Assembly: GCA_044892505.1 (NCBI GenBank)
Contig: CM097884.1
Span: forward strand, 128,960,001 to 129,024,000
Direction: 5' to 3'
DNA from: Schmidtea nova
Lineage: Eukaryota
DNA length: 64,000 nucleotides
Position 1 is the stretch's first letter, and the number at the start of each line of letters is the position of its first letter. Positions 63,761 through 64,000 of this stretch are shown piece by piece. The position numbers and the translations under genes were made by a program. The notes under the pieces are model-generated. The model worked only from the letters and a program-made list of their open reading frames with translations, did not search any database and was not told the DNA's origin.

Positions 63761-64000
63761 TAATACTAAATACTGGAAGCGTTGAATAATTTATATCCGA
63801 TTTTGATTCAAATAATGAATCAACTGATGGGCCAACGAAATATTCTATTGTTAAGGATATTAAATAAAAAGAATGTTATAGTATTTTTGTTCTTTAACTT
63901 TATAAGACCATGGACTCAACTATATTTTTATCTGGTAAAACTCGAATTCTAAAATATAATACTTTATTCGAGAAAATCTGGTAATTAAATTTCTCAATTA

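Overview
AT-rich eukaryotic (probably invertebrate) genomic DNA with many assembly gaps, made up almost entirely of decayed and nested mobile elements. No host gene could be called with confidence. Recognisable elements: a Tc1-like DD34E element with tandem-repeat TIRs; mariner and pogo remnants; two non-autonomous hAT elements with perfect 8-bp TSDs and a Buster/Charlie-type hAT fragment; a Merlin element; two Ty3/gypsy pol remnants; a gag-only LTR fragment with a tRNA-Trp PBS; a probable solo LTR; a Maverick/Polinton remnant (ATPase, small GGF-helix protein, integrase, pPolB); and many Penelope-like element (PLE) pieces. The most striking signal is not in the ORF track: read by eye, five sequence families (labelled A-E here) of minimal type I hammerhead ribozymes (HHR) with palindromic stem III, the dimer-cleaving type known from PLEs. 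Their 3-8 core pair runs C-G (A, C), U-G (B) and U-A (D). Family D is a ~135-bp module arranged alternately head-to-head and tail-to-tail, so a ~295-bp palindromic unit carries a ribozyme on both strands. All RNA folds were parsed manually; no folding, search or cleavage test was run.
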